64,000 nt of DNA, taken from the IMG/VR virus record IMGVR_UViG_3300046543_000050; one strand, given 5' to 3'. The position numbers were made by a program, and so were the translations under genes. This DNA is from a virus. Its lineage: Duplodnaviria; Heunggongvirae; Uroviricota; Caudoviricetes. How positions within the stretch are numbered: the stretch's first letter is position 1; each line of letters opens with the position of its first letter. The notes under the pieces are model-generated. The model made no database searches. It had not been told where the DNA came from and saw nothing but the letters and a program-made list of their open reading frames with translations. Positions 63,082-64,000 of this stretch are shown in pieces.

Positions 63082-63116
63082 TCTTCACATCGGCAAACAC
63101 AACGGAGCGCAGACCA

Positions 63117-64000
63117 TGATCAACTTCACCGCAAACTACCCGATCACGATGGCCGCATACGAAGCGGAAATCGCAGAATTCCCGAAGTCGATGAACGTGG
63201 GCGACATCAAGAAGTTCATAAAGATCGTCCCGGAACTCGATGCGATGCTGAAGGACGGTGAAGTCATCTCCGTCCGGGCCAAGGAACTTCGCAGCTACAT
63301 CAATGAGTTCGTCAAGGCGGCGTTCAATCTGGTGATCTGGCAGCGTTACACCTACGCTGGAAAGTGGGAAGCGCTCCCGGTTGACCTGTATCAAGGTCTG
63401 GATCACATCCACGAAGCCCGACACATCGGTTCGTTCGAGAAGAAGCTGACCAAGGTGTCGTCCAAGGATCATCCGATGTACAAGGATGCCGTGGCACTGG
63501 TCGCCGAACTGCGCGAACTGAATGACTTGGTGCTCTACATGAAGACCATCGAAGTCAAGGCGTCGGTCAAGAAGTCGCGTATTCGGACGGAGAAGCAAGA
63601 GGCCCGCGAACGCAGCAAGGATACCGATGTCGTGTACCAAGCAGTCCTCCCGATGAAGCTGTTGGCCCAAGACAAGGCCGAAGAACACTTCCGCGAATCG
63701 GTTAGCCAAGCTGCTGAACAGATTCGCATCCATAACGGCGACATCGACAAGCTGGTTCCGATCCCGGCGAACCTCAAGTGGGACTCGTATGCGGGCGAAG
63801 CGATCAAGTTGGCGCGCAGCTTCTATGCGCTGATCTGCGAACTGCATGACGGGCGTCTGTACATCAGCGATGCAGCGGTTGGTCTGGAAGTCTACAAGGT
63901 CCGCCGTGGCGCTGGATTCGAATTTGACGCCTATGTCTACAAGCTGAACGAGAAGATCAACGACGCGACTTTGGCGGCTGAACTGCACGGTGATCCGTGG
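63117..64000 (+). CDS. hypothetical protein, 5' portion (>294 aa, runs off the window)
   Basis: Open frame from ATG 63117 to the window end; not in the ORF track because no stop occurs within the window. Confidence 0.5.

Noticed and set aside
63032-63988. 318-aa minus-strand ORF at the window end
   Set aside because: It is antisense to a + strand gene that starts at 63117 behind a perfect class-A promoter and GGAG RBS. The + frame stays open to the window edge.
1-64000. CRISPR arrays, retron or other repeat-spacer structures
   Set aside because: No regularly spaced direct repeats were seen. The only recurrent elements are the promoter cassettes, terminator hairpins and the ~21-bp coding repeats inside the 721-aa gene.

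Overview
The window is a ~64 kb stretch of a lytic T4-superfamily (Tevenvirinae-like) myovirus genome, about 52% GC, with almost every gene on the + strand. T4 core replication and nucleotide-metabolism genes are recognisable by direct similarity to the T4 proteins: UvsX, gp41 helicase, a gp61-type primase, ThyX, MazG, NrdB/NrdA, two HAD nucleotidases, dCMP deaminase, RNase H, DNA ligase gp30, PhoH, gp59 and gp32. The lysis genes are a GH24 lysozyme, a SleB-like hydrolase and an Rz/Rz1-type spanin pair. A known NAD+ salvage pair (NMNAT-Nudix plus NAMPT) is present. Between these sit long accessory regions of small early genes, each driven by a near-identical sigma70-like promoter cassette TTGACA-N3-4-ATTCCCAAACC-TG-TATAAT-ccTTCACATCG, or by variants that carry the ATTCCCA half-site as an inverted repeat. 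Late genes, including two short minus-strand cassettes, carry a CTAAATA motif embedded in hairpins. The most unusual content is: (1) a five-member paralogous family of small proteins ending in GW-x2-4-S-x-x-C-COOH, clustered around a nucleotidyltransferase-fold gene; (2) a tRNA-derived ~105-nt RNA with its own promoter and a structured leader that cannot fold as a canonical tRNA; (3) a possible Acb1-like 2H phosphoesterase next to a DUF4326 gene, and an HD-domain (p)ppGpp-hydrolase-like gene; (4) two His-rich late proteins; (5) a Zn-ribbon/metallophosphoesterase fusion; (6) curlin-like secreted proteins; (7) a late minus-strand cassette encoding a 721-aa protein with a glycine-zipper membrane segment. 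All coordinates are +/-3 nt. No CRISPR array, integrase or prophage boundary was seen.
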